A stretch of DNA of 63,741 nucleotides, filler included, from Folioceros fuciformis (lineage: Eukaryota): NCBI GenBank assembly GCA_049999805.1. It is 8 parts of 8 records of this genome, joined end to end, with 100 filler letters (N's around TTAATTAATTAA, not from the genome) between each part and the next. Parts side by side here need not be neighbours in the genome. Positions count along the whole stretch, not along the records: positions 20,344 to 44,438 come from JBNGIO010004345.1; positions 44,539 to 49,494 come from JBNGIO010004346.1; 6 more parts are not named here. One strand, written 5' to 3'. Made by a program: the position numbers and the translations under genes. Under the pieces are notes generated by a model. That model saw only the letters and a program-made list of their open reading frames with translations. It made no database searches and was not told the origin of the DNA. Positions 35,901 to 48,374 of this stretch are shown here, in pieces (within the stretch, counting starts at the first letter, position 1; every line of letters starts with the position of its first letter).

Positions 35901-38479
35901 ACCAAAAACGGGCCGGGGGGTACGTGACAATAGTACGCAAGACGAAGAGAAGGTTTATTTATGGTTTGAGGTTGACGACTCGGGTTGTGGTATGTTTCTG
36001 TCTACCTGAGGACAGTGTGGAGCTGCCTCATCTGCTTTAAGTTACCATCTTCGATCCCTGGTGCCTAAGCTGACAAGCACCTAATGCTACAGGTATTGAT
36101 CCGAGCAAGTGGGAGACAGTTTTTGACAGCTTTGTTCAAGCTGACCCATCAACTACTCGAACGTAAGTTTATACTTGGTTATGTACATATATAATTACGC
36201 TTTGGTCGAATGCCTATTCACGTTGAATCAGACATGCAGTCTAAACTTGTCATGTGTGACCTCTCATGCAGCTATGGGGGAACAGGCCTTGGATTGTGTA
36301 TCGTGAGATCCTTGGTACGTCTCAGGCTTTTATCTGAACGGGCTAGCGAGTTTTGGCGCCTTCCTTTGGGTGACTTAAGTCAATGCATTTGTGGCTGATG
36401 TCCAGTTGGCGGACAATGTGTTCCTGCAGGTGAATAAAATGGGAGGCGAAATCAAAGTGGTTAGGAAAGATGGACCTGGGACCTTGATGCGGCTGTTTTT
36501 GGTGTTCAAACAAACATTCAATCACACTCCCAAGAATTTCAGCGACTACTGTGATCCCACACTCACTTCAGATGTATTGCAGGATTCACGAGTAAGTTTC
36601 TCTCAAGACTTCTGTCTTGGCTTAAGCTATTCTTCACAGGGTTCTTGCTGACTCTATTTCATGAATCAGCTCCTCCTATCGATGCAAGGAGATAAAGGGA
36701 GATCAACAATGGTCAGGTGGATGAGAAAGAAGGGTCTTAATGTATGCGAAGCGTTGACGTGGGAGAAAACTATGTTGGAGCTTGTTGGCATGTTGCAAGA
36801 CGATAAGGAAACTACAGCGTCATTGAGTTCAACTCCCGACCATGGTTCTATGGCTGGCTGTGAGACGGAAACGCAAGCTGGCAGGAATTTGTTAGTTGTG
36901 ACAGAACCCAAGGAAGCAAGCAGCTTGCGCAGACTCAAGGTGATTCCAAAAACCAAACCGATTGCCCTTTTGGATATAGGCCTTTTAAGAAACATGAGGG
37001 ACTTGAAAGAGCTAGATCATTTCACCAAGCAGGGTGTGATGATTGCTTGGCTTTTGAATCATGACACATCTAGCCTACTCAAAGGAGAATTGAGAAAATT
37101 GGGGTTCTCGTACATGGTCAACAAGCCTATATACAATTCAAAACTCGTGCAACTTCTCAAGGTGATGGTAGGTCATTTCAAGGATATAGAGTCGATTGTA
37201 GTGGATGTAGGAAGGACAGATGCCTCTAAGTTTGATATGGAAGTGAGGGATGGGCTCAGTCCAGGATCTGGGCGGATGGAGAAGGTGACCCGAAGAGGAT
37301 CTAGCCTACCTGAGCTGCAGGGCACAGCCAATGTGGAGAGGTCGCAGTCAAGTCAAAAGCTGGATCAGATTGTTGAAAGTCCACGACATGGTGAACACTG
37401 TGGATGTCTGCAGAGCCATTGTGGTCGTCCTGGGCAGTTTACTGTGTACAAGGCTACCAACTACTTGCAAGACCTGTTGGGGGACGCTGGTAAGTCAGTT
37501 TCTCTGGTCGCAAGAAATGAGGAAGTTGAAGGGAATTTACTACCCTCTTTTCCCAAGGGTCTTGTGAATTCCGATCCTCAGGTAGATGTGGCAGCAAGAG
37601 TCTGTCCCTTGGGGACATCAGACTTGGCTCCGAGTGACAGCGATCACTTAACACTAGGAACTGCAGCCGCTCCACTGACCTCGGTAGAGCAGCAAAAAAT
37701 ACCCGACAGGACAAATGGTGGAGAAAGAGGGGAGTTAGCAGTATCACATCCTGTCTTTGCAGGCAACGGGGATGATTTTGGAACTTCCATGGCTGATTCC
37801 AAGCATATAGGTGGTGTTGACAAGGTTTCTGATCCCAAGCCTGTCACTTTGCCTCAAAGTGTGCCGGCCAGGCGAGTAGAAAAGCTATCGTCTAACCGGA
37901 TTGGACCCCATGATGCTTTGAAGGGTATTAGAATCCTTCTTGCTGAAGACACCCCAGTGCTTCAAAGGGTGGCAACCATAATCCTGGAGAAAATGGGTGC
38001 AAATGTTGTCGCCGTGGGAGATGGGCTACAAGCAGTAAATGCTCTTACGAAAATTGCAGAGCGCCAAGTTGGACGTCTTGACAATGGGACGGAAATTCCT
38101 GACAGCGCAACTGATGACCGAGAACTGAAGTTGCTAGATGGAGGGTTGGCTTTTGATCTGGTACTTATGGACTGCCAGGTGAGAACCTCGCTGTTGTACA
38201 TCGTTCAAATAGCTTCGATGAATAGTACAAGTGATGCGTGCTAATCTGTTTTTGTTGTGTCAGATGCCAAAAATGGATGGATATCACGCAACCAGAGCGA
38301 TTAGGGAAGCTGAAGTAGGTACTGGCTTCCATGTTCCGATCGTAGCACTAACTGCACATGCTATGTCGTCAGATGAGGCAAAATGCCTGGAAGTTGGAAT
38401 GGATGCTTATCTCACCAAACCTATTGACACAAAACTTTTGGTATCAACAATTCTGTCGTTCACGAGTAAAAAAGAATGA
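32990..38479 (+). CDS. AHK1: AHK1-type hybrid histidine kinase (2 TM, extracellular sensor, HisKA, HATPase, pseudo-receiver, receiver); multi-exon
   Basis: [104 protein letters not shown]; start could be 33014. Confidence 0.92.
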
Positions 38480-38755
38480 GGAGGTGAAGGATAGTTCGTA
38501 AAACTGAAAGTGATTTTCCGAATTTTGGAAATCTTGTCGTCATCCCATGTGGATTTGTACTTTATGAAGCACCTGAGAAATTAGATCAGTCAGGACAAGA
38601 CTGTCCACCTTCAGCACATTTTTCTAGTGGAAAATTCATGCTCCATTTCCGACAACGTGCAATTCCATTTCATGCGCACGACTGTCTGGAAAGAGAGCAG
38701 ACATATTCGCTCATTATTATATTACATTCAAACGCGACAGCTCAGGGACATATTT

Positions 38756-41266
38756 TCATTTTGCAGCAGTATTTTTGGCGCCTTTTGTCCGCTCCGAGGT
38801 TGCCTTTCGTGAGCTGGACTTGCGGTTTGTTAAAGCCTCTCCATCTGAGTCGTCTTTCACGTCCTGCTTGATCACTTTCCCCATCATGGTGAAGAACCTT
38901 TCCAGGGCTACTACCTTCTGTTCAGACAGTGGTTGTTTCTGACTGCCAGTAGGGGCCTTCTCCTCATCGCTCTTCTCTTCCTCATCGAGATCGGATTCCT
39001 CAGCACCCTTTGCGGCATCCTCCGTTTTGGTGCGTTTCCTGCTAGCAACCTTTCGGGGCTTGCTTTTCCGACTATCTTCCTCTACCAAACGATCCCGAAG
39101 CTTCGCAACTTCGTCCTCTAAGCATCGTACCGTCTCTCTTGCCTCGAGCAGCTGTGCCTGTTCAACACCTCTCTCGTTCTCCAGTACTTTGAACCTGGCA
39201 GTCACACTTGCAAGTTCTTCCTGCAGAACGGCCTTCTCCCTATCCCATCTTTCGCGCATCTCCTCCACCAGTCTCTCTTTTTCCTCCAACTCTCGAGTAA
39301 GAGACCACGCCCTCCTCTTAGCTTTGACAAGCTCCGCTTGAACTTCCTCCACAGCAGCGATGATGGCCGCTTCCATTTCTTCCTGCTTGACTCTCGAAGC
39401 AAGCTCACCAGTGAGCTCGGCAACCTACAACACAGTCAAAGGTTTGTGACGCCAACTTTAAATGGCAGAGAAGGACGACTGAGTGGACTATACATCCATT
39501 CCCTAAAACACCTCGGACCTTTGCTACAAGTCTTTCCTGTTCACCCAGCAGCTGCTTCTTCACCGCGTCCAGCATCAGCTCTTTCTCCTTTGCTTCAGTT
39601 GTCATTTGTGTGACCTTCAGGCGGGCTTCTGCCAAAGATTCCCTGAACTTCCGAATCTGACCACACAAAATCCGTCAGCCACAACTGCCAGAACTTACGT
39701 ACAGAATCCCTGCAATGCCCTACATACAGGATCTGAGATGATCGGGCGTACCGTCTCCTCATGGACGTCTGCTGAGATCTTCTGCGATAATTCCGCAGTC
39801 AAACTACGTACTTGAGCTTCTGCTACTTCGGCTCTTACGCTCGCAGCCTTCACCTCTGTCTGAAACCGGACCACGTCCACTCTCAACCGGTCAACTTCGG
39901 CACTCCTAGCTGTGCCCTCAGCTTCCGCTAGCTTTACTCTCCTTTCGACCTCCTCCACACTGCAACCGGCAAGTTCACCTGGCAATCTTCAAACTGCATT
40001 GGAAACGAGACCAGCCACCACTACAATCCCAAGGCAAATAAGATCACAAACCCGAGAGCTGCTGCATCCAGAGGTGCTTGGGCAGTTCCTCCGAACGTGG
40101 ATCTGCCCTGGAGAGAGAACTGACAGAAGTAAATAAACATGTCATCATCAGTTGTCACCAAATTCCACCAACTCTTTCTCCCGATCCTTACCTCCAATGG
40201 TACCGATGCAGCTCCTGGAACGACAATCCCGCCATTTGCAGGAGCTTTCGATGCAGATCCTCCAGACGACCCATTCTTTTTGTTCAGCAGCTGAGAATTG
40301 CCACGACACACATGAGCCACCGGTAACTGATTGACTTCCCAGAAGACTGGATGCAGGTACGGCTTCCCAAGAATACCTGTTGAAGCACCCGCTTCTCGAT
40401 CTCAGAACGAAATGATGCCAGCGGAGAAGACCCCTGAAACACAGTCCTGCGCGTTAGATTTCTCAGAATGCGGAAACCCTATAATCGGCCCCTCAGGATA
40501 AGCAGGGGGTGGAGAGAGCGAGAGTTGCTCACAAAAGCAACCGGTGAAGTCATGACGTAGGAGACCTCCTTCTCCGGGGGTGTTGGCGGCTTCAACTCCT
40601 CCACATCACTCTGCCTTACGAGAGTCTGAAAAGCCGACACTTTGGGCGATTCGTCGTCCAGAGGCATAGGTTCAGGGGAAGTATCCTCTTGAGCATCCAG
40701 CAGCGGCCCTGCATCCAACGCCTTATTCACAATGTTTTCCAGGGAGACGTACTCTCTCTGCATAGCCTGAAAGTGAACAAGCCGCACTGTGAGAATCAAG
40801 GCCACCTTCCACAAAACTGCGACCTTCACACAGGATGGGCAGGTCGATGGATTACTCTCAGAGTAGCAATGAGCTGCGCTGGAATGCGAGCCCCCGGTGC
40901 CTGCTCTGCGGAATTCCGCAACAGCTGAACCCTGTCATACAGACGGTCCACTCTATCCCGCATGTCCGGCCCCACTTCCCTATACCCCTTCCTCACAACC
41001 AGCTTGAGCGACAGCAGCTGATCGGCCAGATCAGAGAAATCGTTGAGGGTGCAGGGATTGCAGTCCTCCCGGGGGCCCCCAGCAGCAGCTGCTGCGGCTC
41101 GAACAGAAAAGAAGGGCCTACCCTCTGCACCCTGCCATTGTCTGCCGTCCCGGCCGCAGTGCCCTCTTCCCCGGGCTCCCACTCGGAGGAGCGCCCTCTC
41201 CCCTGGCGCCGCAATCCGGACGTGGTGCAATGCAGGGCCCGGCAGGCCAAATTTGACAATCGGCAT
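38756..41266 (-). CDS. Unrecognised multi-exon protein: transit-peptide-like N-terminus, long coiled coil, Lys/Arg-rich tail
   Basis: gccATG at 41266 preceded by an in-frame stop; successive exon-like ORFs (40826-41266, 40479-40829, 40021-40320, 39695-39985, 39405-39668, 38756-39376) with heptad-like E/K/R/L composition; exact splicing unresolved. Confidence 0.75.
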
Positions 41267-42019
41267 GGCAGGTGACGCTGCTTTGGCATCTCACGGCCTG
41301 CAGCGGACGCCAGCCTCGGAAGCCAGTTCCGTCGCATGCAAACCCATTGCCGCCCACAGCCCAAAAAATCCAAGCCAAAGGCGCGCAAGGTGGAGGCTCG
41401 CAAGGTTTTGGACACCAAGCTTTCTTTCTGGCCCACGCTGATAATCCCCAAGATTATTCCCGACCGCAAATATCTACTCGCCCGCCCCGGGGCCCAATCT
41501 GAAGACCGTCCTTCTCAGTGCCTGGTGATGGGAGGGGCGGGATTTACATCAGTGACGATCCAGTGCAAGCCAGACTATCCAAAACTGCGGCTAAAGTAAC
41601 ACAGTGCCCGATTACTTGCTACATAAATAAAGTCCTCAAACCCATGGGTCATCACTGCTAAGGGAGAGTCCAAGTCCAGGACTACCCATTCTGCCATCGC
41701 TACTCCTACAGCTACTGTACATTCATAGTTCATGTAGCGGGTGTAAATGTGACCAGAAAAGCACAAAGAACAAGAACAGCGGCTTTCGGGGACGACCTTG
41801 GTCGGTTAGCAACAGTACTTTCTTGTGCGTGCCCCACTTCCATCTCATTACAGTACTTCTGTACATACCACAACATCATGTGGCAGTCTAGAGGGCTCTC
41901 ACGTTTCATTTGGCATCTTTTCCGACTTCAGCACAACCCTTCAAATTTTTCAAAAGACCGATACAACCAGGCCCTGTCATCGCCCACAGTTTCGCAGAAC
42001 GTTCGGAGCTGGCAGATGT

Positions 42020-43752
42020 TCAACTCTTTGAATGAGATTTTTCATACTCCGCCACCACTTCGTCTGCAATATTGCCCTCGGGCTCCCAGGTGTTCTCTTC
42101 AGAATCGGCCCACTTCACCAGGTATTCCACCTTCCCATTCACCTCCCTCTTGTCCAGAGCCATTTCAGCTATGCCGTATTCAAGCCCCTTCTCATAGTCA
42201 CTCACAAGGTCTTCTCCTACGTCGCTGGCGGGAATCCAAGAATCCTCCGAGCCATCACTCCATTTCACAAGGTACTCAGTAACGGCACGCTCCCCTATCC
42301 GCTTATCCAGAATCTGCTCCACTTCAACAGTTTCAAAAATTGCTTCGTCGAGAAGCTTGACAACCTGCGATGGCACTTTGGATCAGCGGCAAGAAGCAGA
42401 GAATCAAGTGGAAAGCGCCATACACGTTCTGCTACAGTGATGACACCAAATTTGCTCAAGTAAGGCATGAGTAGTCTGCGGCACCTGATCAAGTGCTAAT
42501 CTCTTCGCAAATAACATGGGATTCGTCTTAGGCATTCCGTTGAGAAGGTCCTGAGCAAGCTTCAGTGATGATCGGCCCTTAGCGTCTTCTAGCTCTGGGT
42601 CAGCTCCGAGCTCCAGTAAAGCTCGCACTACGCTGGTATGTACGTAGCCCGAGGCGATGTGAAGAGCTGAGTAGCCATCCTTGTCTTGCCAGTGGATATC
42701 AGCCCCCGCTTCCACCAGCTGCCTCACACACCTGCATTCACGTGGACGGTGAGTGAAAACAACGCTGCAAAAGCCTTCTCTTTGTTACGCAGACAGACTC
42801 ACAACTCCACTGAGCCTTCTACTCCATGACCAAACTACCTCTCAGATCCCATGCCAGCAGCAAATAGTAAGGCCGTGCGCTCATTCTCATCAATAGCATC
42901 TACATCTCTCCTGTCATCCTGTAATAATTCAACCAGCTTTTGATCCTCTGCTTTGCGTGCAGCTTGCCACCACACAGATTCGTACTCACTAAGCACATCC
43001 CTAGCTATGTTCTCGGCAGGTTCCCACGAGTCAGGATGATCATCCTTCCACTCTATCAGGTACTGCGTTTTCCTGTCAACCACACGGCTCCCCAGTATCT
43101 TGTTCACCTCCCCGTACGTCTCCTCTCCCTCATTCTCCGAGGAAGCGCCGTCCTCCTGCAAACCTTCCCGGTCCCCTGCCCGACCAGCCACACCATTCTG
43201 AGAAGCCACGGAATCTTTCTCCGCCGAAAGTGTGCTTTCAGCCTGCAAGCACCGAGCCAGAGTCTCCAGATTCCCGATTTGCTGCCCTTTCTGCGAGAAT
43301 CCCTTCCAAAAATATCTCTGTCCTACGGTACAACCACATTCAGCAGCACAAGAAGTGATCAGAAAACATTTAGCCCCATTCTCCGGTTTGCACAAAGACA
43401 CGGAGATTCCTGTTCCCTAAGAAAATCCATTTCCTGGCACAACTGCCATGCCTTTGAGTAGAGCTGGCCAAAGATCTCTCAACCGCACCGCAGCAAAACA
43501 AGATATCGGCGGAGCACACTCACCCGCACTGGACATGGACCATCTTCCCTCGCACCTTGCGGCAGGACAGCTGCAGCGGGCTCGCACAGCAGCCGTGCCA
43601 TGCGTGCGACTGGCAATGGAGTCAACTCGTCCAGCCCTTGCCAGGCAGAACGACCTGATTCCATCGGCCGAAAGCCCCTCCTGGAGTTTACAAGCCGCCG
43701 GACAGGAGGCAGCCGCAGGGGCGTGAATTGCTGCCATGGTGCAATGCCCCAT
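42020..43752 (-). CDS. cpSRP43: Chloroplast signal recognition particle 43 kDa protein (chromodomain 1, ankyrin repeats, chromodomains 2 and 3)
   Basis: [11 protein letters not shown]...[51 protein letters not shown]; four exons; start at 43752 or 43737. Confidence 0.95.
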
Positions 43753-44538
43753 TCCGGCCGCTGCTCTCGATCCTGCACCTGCTCAACCCGCGCCTCTGCT
43801 CGCTGTCCTCCGCTCCTGAGCGTCCCGACTTCAACGGCCTGTCAATGTGTCCCCGTTCCGCCAATTCAACGGGTTCCGTTGCGATCGCCATCTTATCCAA
43901 CCGAGCCCAGATTCACGGGCTCACCTTTCCGGCTTTCTTAAACTGCAGGGCAGCGTAAAGGAACATCCCCATCATGTAGCGAATCGTAGCTACCATAATA
44001 AACCAATGGCATCCACTAATCCAGATAATCATTATACACATATTTTTATTATATCTCCATAAAATTTAATATAAATAAATAAATAAATATTTTCTTAGAA
44101 ATTTACTTTACAGGATATATCACTAATATTATTCTTTCTTTATATTTTAACCTTGGAACTTTATTCCACACAGTTCTCTAGAACATATATTACAAGATAG
44201 TTATTGAATTATATTAATATTAAACCATAGAATTCATTAAAAAATATTATTAAATATATTTATATCACTTACTTCACATATCTTGGGCATGAACATTAGT
44301 TTGAGATTTAAAAAACTATTTATGATGAAGGATGAATTAATTTTTTTATTATAATATAAAAATAATAAATTTTCAAAATCTTAATTTTGGGAGGAGTAGA
44401 TACTGTATTTTGAGAATAATGTTTGAAGGGGCTAGTACNNNNNNNNNNNNNNNNNNNNNNNNNNNNNNNNNNNNNNNNNNNNTTAATTAATTAANNNNNN
44501 NNNNNNNNNNNNNNNNNNNNNNNNNNNNNNNNNNNNNN

Positions 44539-44997
44539 GTGAAGGACTGAAGTGCTGAAGTGAAGGACTGAAGTGCTGAAGTGGTAGAATGAAGTGTTGG
44601 AGCTGGAGTGAGGAGCTAGCTGAAGTTGAGGTTCTCGTTCAGCTGCGGAGGTAGCTAGCACTAGGTGCTGAGAGTTGGAGGCCAGACTTGGGGCTGGAGC
44701 CTCCTCTTAGCACTGAAGTGATTGATACTTGGAGCTGGGAATGAGGGCTGAAGACAATGCTGGAGTTCTCATTTTGTTGAGGCTGGGGTTGGTGTTGTGG
44801 TAGGAGCCGAAGACAGGACCGAGACTTCTGACCTATTGCTGTAGCACTTGGTATATGCTGATAGATAGGGTGAGATTAGGGAGATGTAGGTAACCTTGAC
44901 ATTAGTTCACTCCCTTGGGAGCGAATCATAAGACTGCAACGATAATAAGGGGAAGTGTGGCCCCTTGGTGGTTCTTGGGTGCAAGTTTCACTCCACA
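44539..44997 (+). mobile_element. 3' part of family A LTR (copy 3)
   Basis: CTGAAGTG repeats and the same terminal block as 6050-6158, ending CTCCACA. Confidence 0.85.
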
Positions 44998-45527
44998 GAA
45001 GGTCTAGGGCAGAAACCCATGGGTGGAAACCCGCGGCGGCGCCTGCGCCGGAAATAATTAGTTAGGGTTTGGGGTGGGACCCACCACGGAGGTAGCCGAA
45101 GCGGTAGTTGAAAGACGACAGAGGTAGCCGAAGCAGCTACCGGTAGTTGAAAGACGACGGAGGTAGCCGAAGCNNNNNNNNNNGCCGAAGCAGCTACCGG
45201 TAGTTGAAAGACGACGGAGGTAGCCGAAGCGGCTACCGGTAGTTGAGCCCCTACCTCGGTAGTTGAAGGGTTGGCAGTTGTAGAGATCCCCACCCCAGTA
45301 GCCGAGTAGGTCTGTCAGGTAGTCCAGGAACAGAGGTAGGGGTAGTTGAACTTGTAGGTAGTGGAGCTGGGGTAGTTGAAGTTCAACCTAGGTAGTAACT
45401 GACTTTTAGAAGAAACCTGTGTTATTTGATATAAATCATTCCCTTGGGATCGAATCCCAGTGCTATAACGACAAAGACGGTTTGTGTGAACCTCGCAGCA
45501 CCCCTGGGTGCAATATTTTCCCCCACA
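44998..45527 (+). mobile_element. Terminal part of family B LTR (copy 1) with 39-bp hairpin repeats
   Basis: Reverse complement of 52681-53199; ends CCCCACA. Confidence 0.85.
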
Positions 45528-48374
45528 GGATGCTTCCTCTTTGTCGTGCACACCAAGGCTATTGGTCATCCTGCCACTCTTTGGTGGTTTACTACACATG
45601 AGATCAACAAAAGGAATGGCTATCTTCTACTCCTTCTCCCTCGCTGCGATACCTTCACTCCCCCCCTTAATCTGCTGACCATCTCTCGTTGGAAAGCCAG
45701 ATTAACAAACTTTTCATTAGCATACATACACGACAAACATACTGCCCTTCCTAATGTATCAACTGCTACACACATTGGACAAAACCACTGCCCATCTGGC
45801 ACTGCTTCTAGCGGAGGCTCTAAACAAAAAGTATGCCACCCATCATTGCACCTATCACACAACAACATGCAATGATCACCTCCAGAATCTCCACAACCTA
45901 TACAAGCGAACCCCTTCCTTCGCACAAAAGCTTGCACATCAATTATCGGATTCAAGTGAGGTAAATGACATGGTGCACAATTCTTCATGTGTTCCAAACA
46001 AGTTGTGCCATCCTTTCCCTCCAGCTCCAGAATTCCATTCAACTTCACACTTCTCACCCTTAATATTATCCTACTCGCACTTGTATCAATTGTTGTCATC
46101 GTCTTCCTCTGCAAATATACATTATCTCCAACTTCAAACTTTTTCACCTTGGGCTTGAAATGTCCACTCCTCGTTTTCCTATATCTTAGCTCATCCCTAT
46201 GTTGAGCTATTAACAAATTATCCATTGCCATAGGCATTATTTTTCTAAACAACCCCGCTCTATAGGTGACTATCTTTAACCACTTATTAGGATCGTCCAA
46301 ATCCACTATAGCATTAACCTTGTCTTCTAACATCCTAGATAACTGTGGTCTACGCCCAAACAATAGCATGTACGGTGAAAACTCTCCAAGCGATGCTTGC
46401 CTACTCATCCTATAACCCATCGCAAGAAATGGTAACATCGTATCCCACTCACTCTTGTCCATTACTAGACAATATTTCCTCAAACCACTCTTACATGTCT
46501 GTACCATTCTTTCTGCTAAACCATCAGCCTCCGGATGATTTCTTGAAGTTACCCTATGATCAATAAGGTACTCATTTAAAAATTCATCAAATTCTCCATA
46601 AATTCAGTGCCTTGATTTGTCAAAACTTATGCACAAGCCCCAAAAACACTTAACACATGATTGAGAAATGCTTCCTTAATGTCATGTGACTTCTTCTCTC
46701 TCAAAGGCACCAAAACTATCCATTTAGAAAAATTTTCTATCGTCACCAACACATATTTAAAACCTCTACGTGTGACTGGTAACTCTCCAGCCAAATCCAA
46801 ACTCCACCTATAAAACATCCCCCTAATAGGCAGCGGATGAAGTTGAGAAGTTTTGCCTGAGAAACTTGCCTTCACCCTATCACAAACCTCACAAGTAGAC
46901 ACCACCCTCTCAACTACATCCATCATTCCCTTCCAATAATAACTATTCATGAGCAAACTTAATGTTCTTTTTGTACCAAAATGTCCTAACTTTACATGAA
47001 TCATTCTTGCCAAACCCATTCTTTCTTCAAGTCTTGGTACCACCCTCACGTTATCTTTAAACAACAACTTATTATCAACCCATACATATCTCCTACTTCG
47101 CTTTGTCACCCTATCATTTTCCTTCACCGTTAGCGTTTCCTAATTACCACCTGTCAACACCCTCTCTAATGTATTCTTATCCTCCCACACATCTGTTGGC
47201 ACCGAAGAAACTCCCAACTCCACCAAATTCACCAAGTATGCACTAGGTGTCCATCTGGACACCACCAGATTACAGTCAACCCCAATATTCTTATCAAAAT
47301 CCTGCCTGGCAACTGTTGAGTCCTCTGAAGTTCCTAATGGATTCCTTGACAACACATCTGCATTTGCATGTTTCACCCCCGCCCTATGCTCAATAGAAAA
47401 ATTATACTCTTGCAAAATAAGTGCCCAGCTTGCTAACTTTCCTATCAACTTTTCACTCTTCATCAACCACTTCAAAGGCTGATGATCTGTCACCAACTCA
47501 AATTGAGCCCCATACAAATAAGGCCTAAAGTGTGATACTGACCATACAGCCGCCAAACATTCCCCATGATATGAGGAATAATTACTCTCTGCAGAATTGT
47601 TACTCCTGCTTGCATATGCTACCACATGTTCTACCCCACTCTCATCATCCTACGCTAGTACTGCTCCCAAACCAAGTTTACTCCAATCTATATATAACTG
47701 GAACTTTCTGTCAAAATTAGGTCTTGTCAACAAGGGCTTGCTCATCAAAACGTCCTTTATCTCCTTAAATGCTCTCTATTGATCTTCCCCCCAAACCCAC
47801 ACTGCATCTTTCTTCAACAACATTGTCATTGGTTTTACCACCACACTGTGGTTTGCCACAAAATTGCGATAATAATTCACCAATCCTAAAAAAGAACGCA
47901 AAGTTCCTACATCTGAAGGTGGAATCATTTTTGCTATCGCTTCAACTTTAACATCATATGGTGCCGTACCCCTAGGCTCTATAAAATGTCCCAAATATGC
48001 TATCTTAGAGGACCCAAACCTGCACTTTTGTGGGTGACACGTCAAACCAACCTCTTTCAATCTATCCAACACTCACCTAACATGCTCCTTATGTTCTTCC
48101 ACACTGCTACTAAAAATTATTACATCATCTATGTAACATCTGGTGAATGACAAACCTCTCAATGCTTGATCCATCGCTCTCTGAAAAGCACTAGGAGCAT
48201 TCTTCAATCCAAATGGAATAACCACCCATTCCCACAAACATCTATTACCCCAAAAAGCAGTCTCCTTCTTATCCTCCTCCTCAATTTCAATTTGGTTAAA
48301 GCCACCCTCAAATCAAATGTTGAGAATATATTACATTCACCAATCGCATCAAAAATCTCCTCTAGAGTTGGCAT
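45528..48374 (-). mobile_element. Ty3/gypsy retrotransposon fragment: RT, RNase H, integrase with C-terminal PHD finger, PPT, start of 3' LTR
   Basis: MPTLEEIFD, PFGLKNAP, YIDD, LVTDHQPLKWL, H..LGHFG...C..C, WSLDLAG; PHD at 45770-45904; PPT AAGGGGGGGAG then TG at 45657. Confidence 0.92.

Noticed and set aside
42020-43100. Chromodomains as part of a chromovirus integrase
   Set aside because: They flank ankyrin repeats in the standard cpSRP43 architecture, with introns
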